A stretch of 63,528 nucleotides of DNA from Octopus bimaculoides (GCF_001194135.2 NC_068997.1:20160791-20224318); one strand, 5' to 3'. Positions 13,305-27,355 are shown, numbered from the stretch's first letter. Numbers and translations: made by a program. Notes: generated by a model not told the origin, from the letters alone.

Positions 13305-13947
13305 GCTTTAAGTGATGATGTACCATGTAAAAATATGTCCTATTTAGGCTGAAAGGGAGTATATGTATGCAACTATATACATAAGCTCCCTTTCAGACTT
13401 CCATTTTTGATCCAGCAAAACACCTAGGATGCAACAGCCAGAGGGAGAGAGAAGACAGTGCCAACAGTCAACTGGTACCTAATACAGATGACTTGACTGA
13501 AATGACGGTCTTTGCCCAATGACACAGTATACCACCTGGTCCAGGTATCAAACTCCTAAACTCATAATCATGAGTCCAGTTCCTTAACCACTTGGCAACA
13601 TAGCTGGTTGCGACATAACTGTAACAACTGATGTAGAAGTTAAAAGAAAATAACCCAGACATCATCATTAAGGATTAATCTGGGGAAAAAATATTTCTCC
13701 ATCAATATATCAATATTTCATCAATATATCAATCTGTTTTGATCAAAATGTTGTTTTGAAAGATAATCAATATATTCATTTAACAGAAGAGAAGGTGACG
13801 GGCGGTCAAATTGCTAGAGTGTCAGAAAACTAATGTGTAGTATTTAGATATAACTATTTGCATTTTCTACTAGGTGCTGGCATGGCTATGTGGTAAGAAA
13901 TTTGCTTCTCTATCACACACACACACATGATAGGCTTCTTTCAGTTT

Positions 13948-14413
13948 TTTATTTCTTTACTGCCCACATGAGGCTACACACAGAGGGTATAAAAAAGGAC
14001 AGACAAACGGATTAAGTCAATTACATCAACCCCAGTGCATAACTGGTACTTATTTAATCGACCCCGAAAGGATGAAAGGCAAAGTCGACCTCGGCAGAAT
14101 TTGAACTCAGAATGTAACAGCAGATGAAATACCGGTAGGCATTTTGCCCGGCCTGCTAACGTTTCTGCCAGCTCGCTACTTTTATTTCTTTATTGACCAC
14201 AAGAGCCTAAATATAGAGGGGACAAACAAGGACAGACAATGGGATTAAGTCGATTACATCAACCCCAGTGCGTAACTGGTACTTAATTTATTGACCCCGA
14301 AAGGATGAAAGGCAAAGTCGACTTCAGTGGAATTTGAACTCAGAACGTAGCGGCAGACGAAATAACGCTAAGCATTTCGCCCGGCGTGTTAACGTTTCTG
14401 CCAGCTCGCCGCC
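13948..14413 (-). mobile_element. Two tandem young SINE copies (GTCGACTTTGCCTTTCATCCTTTCGGGGTCGATAAA-core family) nested in another SINE
   Basis: Each copy is the reverse complement of the full-length copy at 39090-39320. Host SINE sequence resumes on both sides. Confidence 0.85.
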
Positions 14414-16739
14414 TTTCAGTTTCTTTCAGTTTCTATCTACTAAATCCACTCGCAAGGCTTTGGTCAGCTTAAGGTTATAGTAGAAGGCATTTTCCCAATG
14501 TATCATGAAATGGGACTGAATCTGAGACCATGTTGTGGTTTACTGCCATAGTAGGTCCAGTATATTGAATTGTCCAGGGTCCTGTATTCTTGCTAAGATG
14601 GCCCTGCATATTCCAATGATAAAGGCTGGAATATCTTTCATCTTAGATCTGCTTGACTTATGACAAAACAAGGGCAATATTTATTTGCAATGTTTGTAAA
14701 TAAATATAGATTGACAAATATAAATAGGTGTTATGTCAAGGTTGTCTATGTCTCTAGTCATCTCAACAAACATATTCTCTGTTCATTTCTAACTTAACAA
14801 TTGGCTAATCAATTATTTGCTTCTAATTTGTTCCTCACATACGTAAATAATTTTAAACTCATCCAAATATTACCAATTACAGTTATGACTTACCATTCTC
14901 TTGAAAACCTAATGAATATTATTTTTTACATCTTCTGAAAACAGAAATCTTTATTATTATTATTATTTTTTTTTTTTGTTATCTCAGTTTTACTACAAAA
15001 CAAAGTAAACCAAGATTTAGAAGTCAGTTTTAATTTGAAATTATTCTAAATATTTATTGAAGGAAAAATGAATTGTTTTTTTTTAGTTTTCATTCATATT
15101 TACCATATTTATTGATACTGTAATTATAAATTCAGATTTTGTTATATTTTCTGTTTTACTAATTCTATTAGAATTCATTGCTTTTAATATTCCATCTAGT
15201 TACTCTTGTCATATTGTCATTTATTTGGCCTCATTACAATTTCCTATTTTAACGATCCTTGTTATCGGCTAATTATATAGAATTTTATTGAAGTAGGCGA
15301 TGTATCACTCTCTTTGTTTTGATTGAATTAAACATTAGTTTCGGAGATTTACTTTTTTCTTTCATTTAGTTACATTTTATTTCTTCTGAATATAATAATT
15401 GTCTGAAATAACACGGATATTAATAATAATAATAATGATAATAACAACATCATCATCATCATTTAACATCCATTTTCCATGATAGTATGGGCTGGACAAT
15501 TTGGTAGGAGCCTACCAGGCTCCAGTTGTTTGTGTTGGCGTGGTTTCTATGGCTGGTGCCCTTTCTAATGCCAACCACTTTACAAAGAGTGCTGGGTGCT
15601 TTATTATATGGAGCCAGCATGGGTGCATTTTATGTGGCACCTGCACATGTGCTTTATGCATGGCACCGGCATGGGTGTTTCTTTTGTGACACCTGTACAG
15701 ATGCTTTTTACTTGACACTGGCATGAGTGCTTTTATGTGAGTTTGGCACAGGTACTTTTTTACATGGCACTGGCACAGGTGCATTTTACAGATGGCACCA
15801 GCACAACAATAATAGTTCTTTCTCATTATGGAATAAAGCCAAAATTTTTGAGGGGTTGGAGAAGTTGGTTACCTCAACTCTTGTGTGTGACTGGTATGCT
15901 TTTTTTTTACCCCAAAATGATGAAAAGTAAAGTTGATCCAGACAGAATTTTAACTTGGCATGATGATAATAATTCTTTATAATTTTTGCTCTAGGCCAGC
16001 AGTTTTAGAGGAGAGGGGAAGTCACTTATATTGAACCCAGTGTGCAACTGGTACTTATTATACAGACGCTGAGAGGATGAAAGTGAAGTTGACTTTGGTG
16101 GAATTTGAACTCAGTACCTAAAGCTAGAAGAAATGCCACTACACATTTTATCCAATATGCTAATATTTCTGCTTCCTCACCACCTTAATAATGATAATAA
16201 TAGGCACACTTGCAGAAAACAGCACTGCTTGGGACTGCTCGAATACTCCGGATGGTACTCAAAAAATAAGGGTCTTACCTTAGTTCACTGGTAGTTAACA
16301 GCTGACACCGTAGTACATTTCCAGCATTAGAAGCTATGCAAAGACAATAAAATAATAATGATAATAATACTAAGAAGAAGAAGAATAATCTCTTCTATAA
16401 GGTACAAAACCTGAAATTTTGATGGAGATGGCTAGTTGATTACATTGACCCCAATGCTCACCTGGTACTTATTTTATCAACCCCCAAAGGATGAAAGGCA
16501 AAGCTGACTTTAGTGGAATTTGAACTTGGAACTTAAGGTCAGAAAAATATTGTAAAATGGTTAACTACCATAAAACAAGCACAATAGTAGATACCATTTT
16601 ATGAATTTCATAAAACAGATAATATAATTTGTTATTAAATATACAATCAATAACAAAACTTGCAACCAACATATTTGACAAAGCATTATGTTTTATAAAT
16701 ACCTTGTACTTTTTTATAAATATTTATTTCTTATAGTTT

Positions 16740-17120
16740 GGCCTTTCCAGGTCCTCTGGGACAAAGAAGGTTAATGCAGTTGATGTATCTTTTGAGAAAT
16801 TATGAGTGGACAACTGCAGGAAAAAACAGGCAGAGAGGGAATTATAAAGGAGTGATGTTTCATGGTAGAAGGATTGACTGTAGGTCAGTGTGGTGGGGCC
16901 TAGAAAAGAAGACACAGTACGTGTGGTGAGAGGATGCAAGACTAGAAATTCAGGTCGGCCTGAGTGGAGTGGGGTCACAGGATCGACCATCTATGAAAAG
17001 CAGAAACCACTGAAGTTTCTGTAGAAATGGTAGATAGAGAAGGCAGGGATTTGAATGTGTTGGTGAGCAACTTTATGACACTCAGAAAGATGGCCTTTTT
17101 CTGGATGCAGTCTAATATGT
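16740..17120 (-). mobile_element. Decayed LINE RT 3' fragment (Jockey-like)
   Basis: YSQSFYHETSLLYNSLSACFF resembles the LINE C-terminal YSxSFFPRTxxLWNSLP motif. A related fragment lies at 57900-58110. Confidence 0.5.
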
Positions 17121-19728
17121 CTATATATAGCAGCCCAGTGAAGGCATGTGGCTTAGTGGTTAGGTCACAAGTTCGATTCCTGGTGGTGCATTGCGTCCTT
17201 GAGAAAAACACTTTATTTCACGTTGCTCCAGTCCATTTAGCTGACTAAAGTGAATAGTATTCATAATTCAAAGGGCCAGCCTTGTCACATTCTATGTCAA
17301 AGTGAGAACTATGTTAAGGTATGTCTGTGAAGTGCTCAGCCACTTGCACATAAATTTCATGAGCAGGCTGTTATGTTGATCAAATCGACTGGAACACTTG
17401 ATGTCATAACTGACAAAGTGCCAGTTTATAACAGCCCTACCATCTTGATAAAGAGGCAGTACTCAGGGCTGGATTAAGATCCATAGAAGCCCTAAGCACT
17501 TAAAAGGTTTTGGTGCCCTCAAGTATATGTTAATGGTTCAAAATGTAAACAAAAATAATTCAAAATGTAAATGATGATACACCATGAAATAAGTTTTTAT
17601 TTTTCAAAATGAAACAAAATTCATAGTAAGATGGAAAATAATGTTTATTTATGTATGCTTTCACTTTATTTATATTTGAAAAGTTTTCTCCTTCATGCCT
17701 GCACCTTATGTTATATTATGTTCTGTTTGGATTATTTATGAAATCTTAAAAACTATACCAAAATACATGATATAAGCAGCAACAGAAATTGGGTGATTTT
17801 TTTCTATTACTGTGAATACTAGGTAACAGAAGACTCTGAAAAGAGCCAAGGCACTCTGAGACTCATCCAACTCATGTAAGCATGGTAAAGCAGACATGAA
17901 ATGATAATAATGATTGTCAAATATCTCTTGTGAACCAATCTATTTCTCATTTACTGTTCTGTTTGTAAACATTGTGTACTGTTATTTACATATATGGAAT
18001 TTATTTTAGTAAAACAATGTCACCTTATTATAATAATGTTCAGCACCAATTCATTACCTACTGGCCACTATTGATTCATCAACAGAACAATAAGTTTGTG
18101 ACCGGCTGCTATTGCAATCTACATACATATAATTGACGAGATGTTGTTCAGTAACTTACAGTTCTGTCAGTGTTTGCTTTAGCCTTTTGAAGCTTCCAGG
18201 ATCGATGTGGTACAAAAATAAAACAATAAAATTCTATCAAAATGTTCAAACAAATCTGCTTAACCAGAAGCAACTGAAGCTATCAGACAACTTTAAGATG
18301 GAACAATGACAACAGCTACAATAACAACAACAATACCAACAACAATGCCTTACAAGTATAACAGTTAAGTGGATTGAATCAACGAGATTGTAATTTTGTT
18401 TAACAACTACAATCTTATCTGTTGAGTCTTGAGAGGAAATGGAATGTCAGTATAGAGTAATAATGATTTCCAACATTGGCAGAAAGGCTTCAACATTGGG
18501 CGATAGGTACAGTTAGTTAAATTGACCTCAGTACTTGACTGGTACGTTTTTTTGGTTTTGTTTTATCAGCTTTGGATGAATGAAAGACAGAGGTGATTTC
18601 AGTAAGATTTAAACTTAGATGTCATAACTAAATACCACAAAGGAGGCACTTCTGTCTTGCACTCTGCTATGTTGGTCAATCCAAGAAATATTGAGTAAGC
18701 AAATATGACAGATTAATTTGTCACCATCAGTTTAATGTCTACTTTTCCAAGCTTCCATTGGTCAGATGGAATTTGTTGAAGCAGATTTTCTTATGCCAAC
18801 CCTTATCCATTTTCTGTCACAAACTTCAACTGTTTCTAGACATGCTTTACTCAGAAGGCTAGAATCAAGCAACCTCACTTGTATAATGATGATACTCAAA
18901 GACATTCCATCTGTGACGTTTGCATTCTTTATTAGTTTTTAACGTACTTAGGGCTATGTTATATAATGTATCCATCTTTTTAAAAATGGTAAGGTGTGAC
19001 TTGAGTATGATTTGGCTGCTATTTCTTGCAGGTCAAGCAACTATACAGAAGGGTCCCTCACTGGCTTACTAGCAATATTATTGTTTTGATGAATGACTTA
19101 TTAACTTGCAGTGCTGAGCTCTAATCAGGCAGAAATGATTTATTTCTCAAATAATCAACACCACAAAAACTGAACCAACAAGAGAAATTATATAGCTGTT
19201 CGACCTGTTAGAAATAACAGCCATAAAATCACAGCCAACAATTTTTTAAATGTATTTTTTTTTTAATATATTTCTTTAAAGAATTCATTTGATAACATTG
19301 TCCAAAATATATGGAATGACTGGATGGCCATGACTGAAGTATCTTTGGTCATAGGTCTGCCCAAGCAGAGTTGACCTGGAGGGGGGGGGTTAAACAACAA
19401 GAATTGGAAATAAACACTGGATTATGTGGATCCTTGGGTTTTGGAAGAGAATTAGGTTTTGTTTCATCTTAGTGATTAGAGTTCAAGAAGATTGGAATGA
19501 ATTCTAGTGAATTGCTACTTACAATTTTTTTGTGTTGTTTTTATTTTGCTTGCTTCAGTCATTGGACTACAGTCATTGTTGGGACACCTCCTTGAAGGGT
19601 TGAGTTGAACAAATTGACCCCTCCCCCCAGTACTTATTGCTTATTCTATTGGTCTTTTTTGCTGAACCATTATATTATAGGGATGTAAACAAACCAACGC
19701 TGGTTGTCAAGTGGTAATGGGGGAAACA

Positions 19729-19793
<65 letters not shown>

Positions 19794-20090
19794 NNNNNNN
19801 NNNTATATATATATATATATATATACACATACACACATGCAATCACACAATTACCTTCTACAGTTTCCATCTATCAAATTCATTCACAAGGCATTGGTCT
19901 AGCTGGGGCTATATTCGAAGACACTTGTCCAAGATGTTGCATAGTGGTACTGAATGTGAAGCTACTTTGTTGCAAAGCAAGCTTCATAACTACACATCCT
20001 TGTCTGCACCTATGAATATCAATTTTTATATGAATTTTATATAAATATTTCATTAATTTATACATGCTTTCTTTCTTTTTATCATTACAG

Positions 20091-20267
20091 ACAGTGCCTA
20101 TGCTTTTGATGACAGCTCTAGTGAGAGTGAAGATGAAATTATTAAAAGATATCAACATTCCTTCAAAACTGAACAGAAAAAGCTTGAAAAAGAGATCATT
20201 AGTAGTCAAAGTATAAAACGAACAAAGAGTACCAAAAGCAATGATTTACCATCACAAAACAGCACTG
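20091..20267 (+). CDS. Syt14: Synaptotagmin-14-like exon, acidic linker (DSAYAFDDSSSESEDEIIKRYQ...NST), phase 1-1
   Basis: Flanked by TTACAG and GTAAAT; 177 nt open in frame. The SSSESEDE motif resembles the post-transmembrane SSSESEDE segment of vertebrate SYT14. Confidence 0.85.
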
Positions 20268-22089
20268 GTAAATTTCTTTCTTTTATTAAAGAATTTATGC
20301 GTGTATGTATGTGCGTAGGTCTTTTATTTCTCAAGTTTAATGAATCGACCCTAGTACTTATTCTTTTTTAAGCCTGGTACTTATTATATCGGTCACTTTT
20401 GCCAAACTCCTGAGTCAGTTTTACTCCAATAAACATAGTATTTAACTTTCAGCTTTGTACCATTAATCTCATGCCATTTGTCTCAGTACCCTCTACAAAA
20501 CATATTTCCAGTATGGCTTTGTAACCTTTAAGTACCATTTTGACATCACCTGACCACATCTTTCTTTAGTCCTGCTATAACTACTGGTCTATACCATGAG
20601 ACAAAAGTCACAACTACCCAGGGATTACATCGTTTCCATTATTCCTTGTTCTCTCTCTTGTGTTCCTTTAACTCATTTACTGACACACAAATGTATAGCC
20701 GGTATGAAGGCACATAGCTCAGTGGTTAAAGTGTTTGGCTCTCAGTCATGAGGTAGTGAATTTGATTCTTGGATCAAGCTGTGTGTTGGGTTCTTGAGCA
20801 AGACACTTTACATTGTTCCAGTTCACTCAGCTGTAGAAATGAGTTGCGATGTCACTGGTGTCAAGCAGTATTGGCATTCGCCTTTCCCTTGGATAACATC
20901 GGTGGTGTGGAGAGGAGAGGTTGGTCTGCATAGCCAACTGCTGGTCTTCAAGAAACAGCCTTGCCTGGACTTGTGCCTCAGAAGGTGCAATCCCATAGTC
21001 ATTCATGACCAAAGGGGGTCTTAGGTAGGTCTTATAATTATAGCCTGTGTTTCAGATGTGTCTTTGGCTTTACATGAACAATAGATAGTGCCATAATTTT
21101 AGTTATTTTAACTTGTGAGAACTTCTCCGGATATGTCCTTGAGAACCTGTAAAACTACTTGGCATGATGGAAAATTTAGTTTACTCCCATCCTTTTGCAA
21201 GCAGAGAAATATAATTTTTCTCATTGCTTTCTCCTGGATTAGGTCCTGTGGCAAAGAAATGCTGCTTAATTTTACAAAATTCTCCTTCTTACATATTTTT
21301 CTTATAACTGAAAAATCTAGAAATTCCATTTGATCAGTTTGTGTGAAAAGATTTGCCATAACACAACTGCTGTATAAATTGTCCACAGTATTTGAAATCC
21401 TGTAGGAGTTACAGGTGTTTATTTCTTCTTATTCTTATGCATTCAGTTATGTTTTGAATCTGTGAGGTTTTTTCTTTTCATCTTTTTTTTGCAATTTTAA
21501 TCTTTAGTTTTGTTACATGATTATGCGAGATAACCATTTTGGATGTGAAAAACATGCATGTCAATAATTTTTTAAAAATTTGTGAAACAAGCCTCTTTTC
21601 NNNNNNNNNNNNNNNNNNNNNNNNNNNNNNNNNNNNNNNNNNNNNNNNNNNNNNNNNNNNNNNNNNNNNNNNNNNNNNNNNNNNNNNNNNNNNNNNNNNN
21701 NAAGTACTTCATTGAAAGTTTATTTGGTAATACTTGAATATCTTGTGTTTTGAATGCAGAAGCAAAGAGACATCACACCACAAGGGTCACATATTACAAT
21801 AATAATAATAATAATCCTTTCTACTAAAAGCACAAGGCCTGAAATTTGGTGGGGAGGGAACTAGTTGATTACATCAACCCCAGTGTTTCACTGGTACTTA
21901 ATTTATTGACCCCAAAAGGATGAAAGGTAAAGTCGACCTTGACGGAACTTGAACTCAGAATGTAAAGACAGATGAAATGCTGCTAAGAATTTTGCCCAGT
22001 GCTAACAACTCTGCCAGTTTGCCACTTTATGTGACAAACTTATTGATGCTGGTTGAAAATCATAGCAGAAAATTTTCCTGAAATTTCAG

Positions 22090-22485
22090 TACAACCAAGT
22101 ATTTTCTCTCACATGGAATTTCTAACATACTGTCTACACCACAGTGTATGTTTACAGTAGTTTGAACTTACCAGTACCACAAGAACTAACAGCACAGATA
22201 ACAATGCTGTACTCACCACAAACAAATATAATTCCTACAGTTCAACAAATTCATATTATTAATCTCCAAGTTGGTGCATATGATTGTGATCTTTTTGCCC
22301 TGGCGTATGCATTTGAACTGGTCATTGGAAACTCTCCAGAGAAGTTCTTATTTGATCAGTCAAAAATGTTAGCACATTTAAGATTTTGCCTTGAAAGCAA
22401 TAAATTTGTTCCTTTCTTGAAACTAAAGTTTTTTCAAATGACAACAAAAGCCACAGAAATCATTCAATTTCTATCACCCACCTAG
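22090..22485 (+). pseudogene. Ulp1/SENP-like (C48) cysteine protease fragment, probably transposon-borne and decayed
   Basis: ORF 22144..22485 contains LQVGAYDCDLFALAYAFELVIGNSPEKFLFDQSKMLAHLRFCLE, matching the QxxxxDCGLFAIA...P...FDQ..MR.HL..CL pattern. Upstream His/Asp motifs are degenerate and there is an in-frame stop. Confidence 0.6.
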
Positions 22486-22489
22486 AAAT

Positions 22490-23560
22490 GGATTACTCCT
22501 CGAATATAGTTACAGTGAATCATGATTAACGGAAATTGCAAATGACATAGCTAAGATTAGCAAGGAAAATCAAACTTTCACGTATAATATTAGCAAACAA
22601 AGTACAGTATGTGACAGAATTCCTTTAGGGATTAACTGGCACCAAAATTTCGCTGGCATTTCAAAAGTGTTATACGCAAGTTACCAGCATGTTGTGGAAA
22701 AATATCCTCATGTCAAACAAATATTTCCTCAGCTGCCTATTGTAGCCTTTAGATGGAATAAAAGATATAAGAGAACTATTAACCTCTACTTCTGACTCCA
22801 AGGAAACTAACATTGGAGTTTCTGCATGCTGCACCTTGCAAAAAAAGTTGCAAAAGAGGTAAGCCTAGCTCAGTGTGCAACAACATGAGTCAAGTCAATT
22901 CCATCAGGAATCTTAATAGAAATGTTATGAATTATATGGAAGGTGGGACATGTAGAGATTCCTATTTGGTGTACCCAACAGAATGCACCAAATATAACTT
23001 GACTTATGTTGGTTGTACAACAGAACAATTAAACAAAAGATTCAATGGGCACAGTTATGACATCAGGCACAATAACAGTAGTTCAACAGAACTGGCTGAA
23101 CATTTTACATCAAATGGCTGCAATTTTGAAAAAGACTAGAAAGTGTATATTCTCAGAAAATATTCTGAATCTGCTACACTTTCAGACCTCAGAATGCACA
23201 AGGAGAAATATGTTTGTGAGTTATTAACATCACGTCCTGAAGGGATGAATAAAATGACAGGGGAATTTTATCATATTTAAACAAAACTGTTTGATTGAAT
23301 ATTCTTCTTNNNNNNNNNNTTCCTCTTTTTTTTTCTTTTTCTTTTTGCCAGTTGTAAAATCGAAAATTGAAGACTGATGATGTTATTCCATCAACGTGGG
23401 AATGCAGGTGGCCCTCATTCAAACTTTTGAATTTCAATTTCAATAATTTTGAATTTCTATAAATCACTTTTCATTTTGAACTTGACAAAGACAGTCAAGC
23501 TGTTGAAACATTCAAACCAATAAAATATCTATTGCAATCGCATCACACTCTTTGTATTGT
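22490..23560 (+). mobile_element. 5'-truncated Penelope-like element: RT thumb/linker, GIY-YIG endonuclease and pLTR
   Basis: Translations: RIPLGINWHQ...IFPQLPIVAFR (linker), YLVYPTECTKYNLTYVGCTTEQLNKRFNGH...LAEHF (GIY-YIG) and LLTSRPEGMN (EN C-terminus). Followed by a hammerhead-like motif and AATAAA. Confidence 0.85.
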
Positions 23561-26402
23561 ATATTTAATAATAATAATAATAATAATAATAATGGTTTCA
23601 AATTTTGACACAAGGCCAGCAATTTGAGTAGTGGAGTTAAATCAGTTACATTAACCTCAATGCTCAACTGGTATGTATTTTATTGACTCCAAAAGGTTGA
23701 AAAGCAAAGTCAACCTTGGCAGAATTTGAACTCAGCACATAGTGCCAGAAAAAAAATGTCTTAATATTTTGTCCAATGTGTTAATGATTCTGCCATCTTG
23801 CCAATAATTTATTTCATCCACAACAAGAGCAATGGATGATAGGACTTTAAAATGACAAAAACAGTGGATGATTTTTTAAAAGAATCTTGAGTGAGAAACA
23901 GGTGTGACTAAGAAATTAAATGAAATATAACAAAAATGGACCAGTAAACCAAGTCAATCAAGAAACCCCACAGATCCCAGATTACCCTTAATGTTAAGAG
24001 CAACTGCCCTCTACCAATTGTGTTCTCTGTCCTACAGGCACATACTGAAAGTAGTTCCATTTATCCAACCATGTTCCTTAATCTCACTCACCTTTCTGAA
24101 CATTTACTGGACAGGGTCGTAAAGTTGCATGGTGACCCTGCCAGTGCAGGTGTCACTTACAAACCATCCAGTTCACACTGGAAAGTGGTTGGCATTTAGA
24201 AAGGTATTCAGCTGTAAAGACCATGCCAAAATTGATCTTACCTGTGCTGGCGCCATGTAAAATCCACTCAGCCCACTCTGCAGAGTGGTTGGTGCTAGGA
24301 AGGGAAACCAGCCATAAAAAACCATGCTAAAGCAGACAGAAGTATGGTGCAGGCTTCTGCCTGGCCAACTCCTGTCAAATATTCCAACCCATGCCAGCAT
24401 GGAAGGAGGACATTAAACGATGATGATGATGATGATGATAGCATGTTCCTCTCCATCCATCCTCTCCCTGTGGTACTATGAGGACTTGGGTAAAGAGGAA
24501 AGTACCTGTCTTCAACCCTTTCAGTTGTGTCCACCATATGACTTTCTGAATAGCCACAAGATAAAACTTTCTGCCTTCCCAGCAGCCACAGAAAGACAGT
24601 GGGGCAATTCTCATAATGGACATTGTTGATAGCTAAATCTGTCCTTCATGAAAACGATAATAATAATTTATTTCCATTGTATTTTCGGTTAAAATTCTCA
24701 CTGCAAGCCAAGATGCAATATTGATCTATACGCAATATTAAAATGAAGAAACATATTAAAATGAAGAACTATATGATGTAAATAGTTAAATATAATGATA
24801 AAACGAAATAACAAATATTACATAATAATAATGTATGATAGGACGCAATACAATGAAAACAACTATAACAACAATAATAATAATAATGTACAGCATAATA
24901 GGATAAAACAGTAATATATCATAGCATACAAACAATCAATTGGAAAAGATTTTAATAATATGACTACAGTGATGCACAGATACACATACACACACGTCTA
25001 CAGTTTGAGATGGCACAGTTTAGCTGTGATAAACACTGAAGCAAAAAAGATAGTGTTTCTGAATCAAGTCATCCAGGTACAAATACATCTTTAAACATCT
25101 ACACAGCCCATAGTTGTGGTGATTTCTGAGATAACACTGAATGTTCACTTCAGACTGGCAGCCCTGATATATTCCATAGATAAAGATGAAACGCCAGTGA
25201 TTTGGGATTTAGTTTAGAAGGCTATTCCATTCAAAGAGTTACCAATTTACAGTTGAGTAGACTGGAACAATGTGAAATGAAGTGGTTTGCTCAAGAAAAC
25301 AATGTGCTGCTTGATCCAGGAATTGAACCCATGGTCTAGTGATCATGAGTACAATGCCCCAACCACTAAGCCATGTGCCTTCATGTTCTTTACTATGTAT
25401 TTTAGTAAACTATAGTACAATGTGTTCTCTGTAATATTCTATATCATACATTCTGTAGATTTGCTTCATGCCAGTGGCTAGTGTGGGGTGTGCAAACCAC
25501 ACAGGGCAACCACTTTAGATGTGTGGGTTGGGTGAACATATGCTGAAGCTATGTTACATATAAGAAAGGGGGCAGCCTGTAGGCTTACTGTACAGGACAG
25601 TCAAAGCCCAGACTGTGTCGCTGTTTTGTGCTCTTATTAACTTTTTAGTATTATTGAATGTTAGGTACATTCACCCTTATTTATTACATGTTCTGTATAA
25701 CATACATTGCCACATTCCATATCATCATCATCATCCTCATTTCCATGCTTGTCTGTTTTTCCATGCTTATATGGATCAGACAGAATTTGTTGAGGTTGAT
25801 TTTTCTATAGCCAGATGCTCTTCCAGTCACCAACTCTCATCTGTTTCCAAGCAAGATAATAGTTCCCCTAATTGGGCACCTTTTCCATGGAAGACTGGAA
25901 AAGAAGAACACTGCTTGTATGATGGTGATGCTTGTTTACAACCATCACATGATGTCAAGACAAGGGTATGTACATGCAGAAAGAGAGAATGACAAGATAT
26001 GTTCTGTTGTGGAAATCTGCTGCCCTCTGGACACCAATGGGGTTAGAAAAGTACCAAAGAAAGAGGACATCAATGGATCATTGATAAGGAGTTTGCAAAT
26101 CGACTACCCAAGATACACTTTCAGCTTCATCCCTATTATTATTGAAGCAATAAGATATATAACAATTCATCTGGAGCAAGTATGGTTGAGCTTGTGAACT
26201 TGGAGAGAGAATGCAGGCCCTTAATTCACACACTACAAATGATCATGATATCTGAGACAATAAAAATCTGTAAAACCTTCTTGAGATTTAAAAGGTGATG
26301 GTTAAAACAAGATGCTTTTCTTTACAACCTTGCTACCAAGTAGGAGGTGACCAGTCAAAATGTACTTTAAATTAAAAAGAAAAAGAGAAGATACATACAT
26401 AC

Positions 26403-26433
<31 letters not shown>

Positions 26434-26864
26434 ACATTGGGCTTCTTTCAGTTGCAAAATTCACTCAAGGCTTTGGTTGGCCTTGGGCTACAATAGAAGA
26501 GACTTGCCCAAGGTGTTGTGCAGTGGAACTGAACCTAAGACCATATTGGTCAGGAAGCAAGCTTTTCAACTATATAACCTGTGCCATGCACTCTTATATA
26601 TATTGTATGTTCTTTACTCGTTTCAATAATGAATAATAAAAAAAGACTCAGTTTATAGTCCATAATAATGTGCAATCTTGCTAATTTGGTTAATATCCTA
26701 ATGGGACCTATATTAATGTCTGTCTGTCTAGACTTATAATGCTTCCTATTAATAAAATTTAGACTATCAGGAATATCCTGTATCACTCAAGCATTGAAAT
26801 CCATCCTTATATCTTCATTGTTTTTACTATACTAAATATGTTCAGGTTTGCAAAGAAATCTTTT

Positions 26865-27351
26865 AAACCCAAACTAAATGATAACAAAGGAGATTTACTG
26901 TGAGCAGGTTGAGTGGCTTAAGTCAGTGCCAGAAGGAAAATGACCATCTTTGGTTTCAAGACGAAAGGAGTTCTTCCATCAGGTTAATGTTTGGCCACAT
27001 CCAGTGAGGATGACATTCCAAAGGCTGGAGCAGTTTGAATGGGAAACAATATCCCACCCACCATATTCGCTGGACATTGTCCCATCTGATTATCATTTAT
27101 TCCTCAGTCTTCAAAATCATTTGAAGGAATAAAATATGAATTCTGTAGACAAGGTTAAAACAATACTAGAGGAGTATTTTTCATCACAGACAAGGGAATT
27201 TTGGAAGAGGGGCCTTGCAAGTCTACCAGAGAGATGGAAGAGAATTGTAGAAAACAAAAGAGAGTATATTTTAGATTAATAAAGAACTTCGTTTATCTTA
27301 ATTTTGAAAAATAATAGAAGTATAAAAAAATCGCATTATATATGGGATGAC

Positions 27352-27355
<4 letters not shown>
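26865..27355 (+). mobile_element. Mariner transposon 3' fragment (decayed transposase C-terminus and right TIR)
   Basis: HQVNVWPH and HPPYSLDIVPSDYHLFLSLQNHL match the mariner HDNARPH and HPPYSPDLAPSDYHLF motifs. Ends ...ATGGGATGACCCAA followed by TA. Confidence 0.9.
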
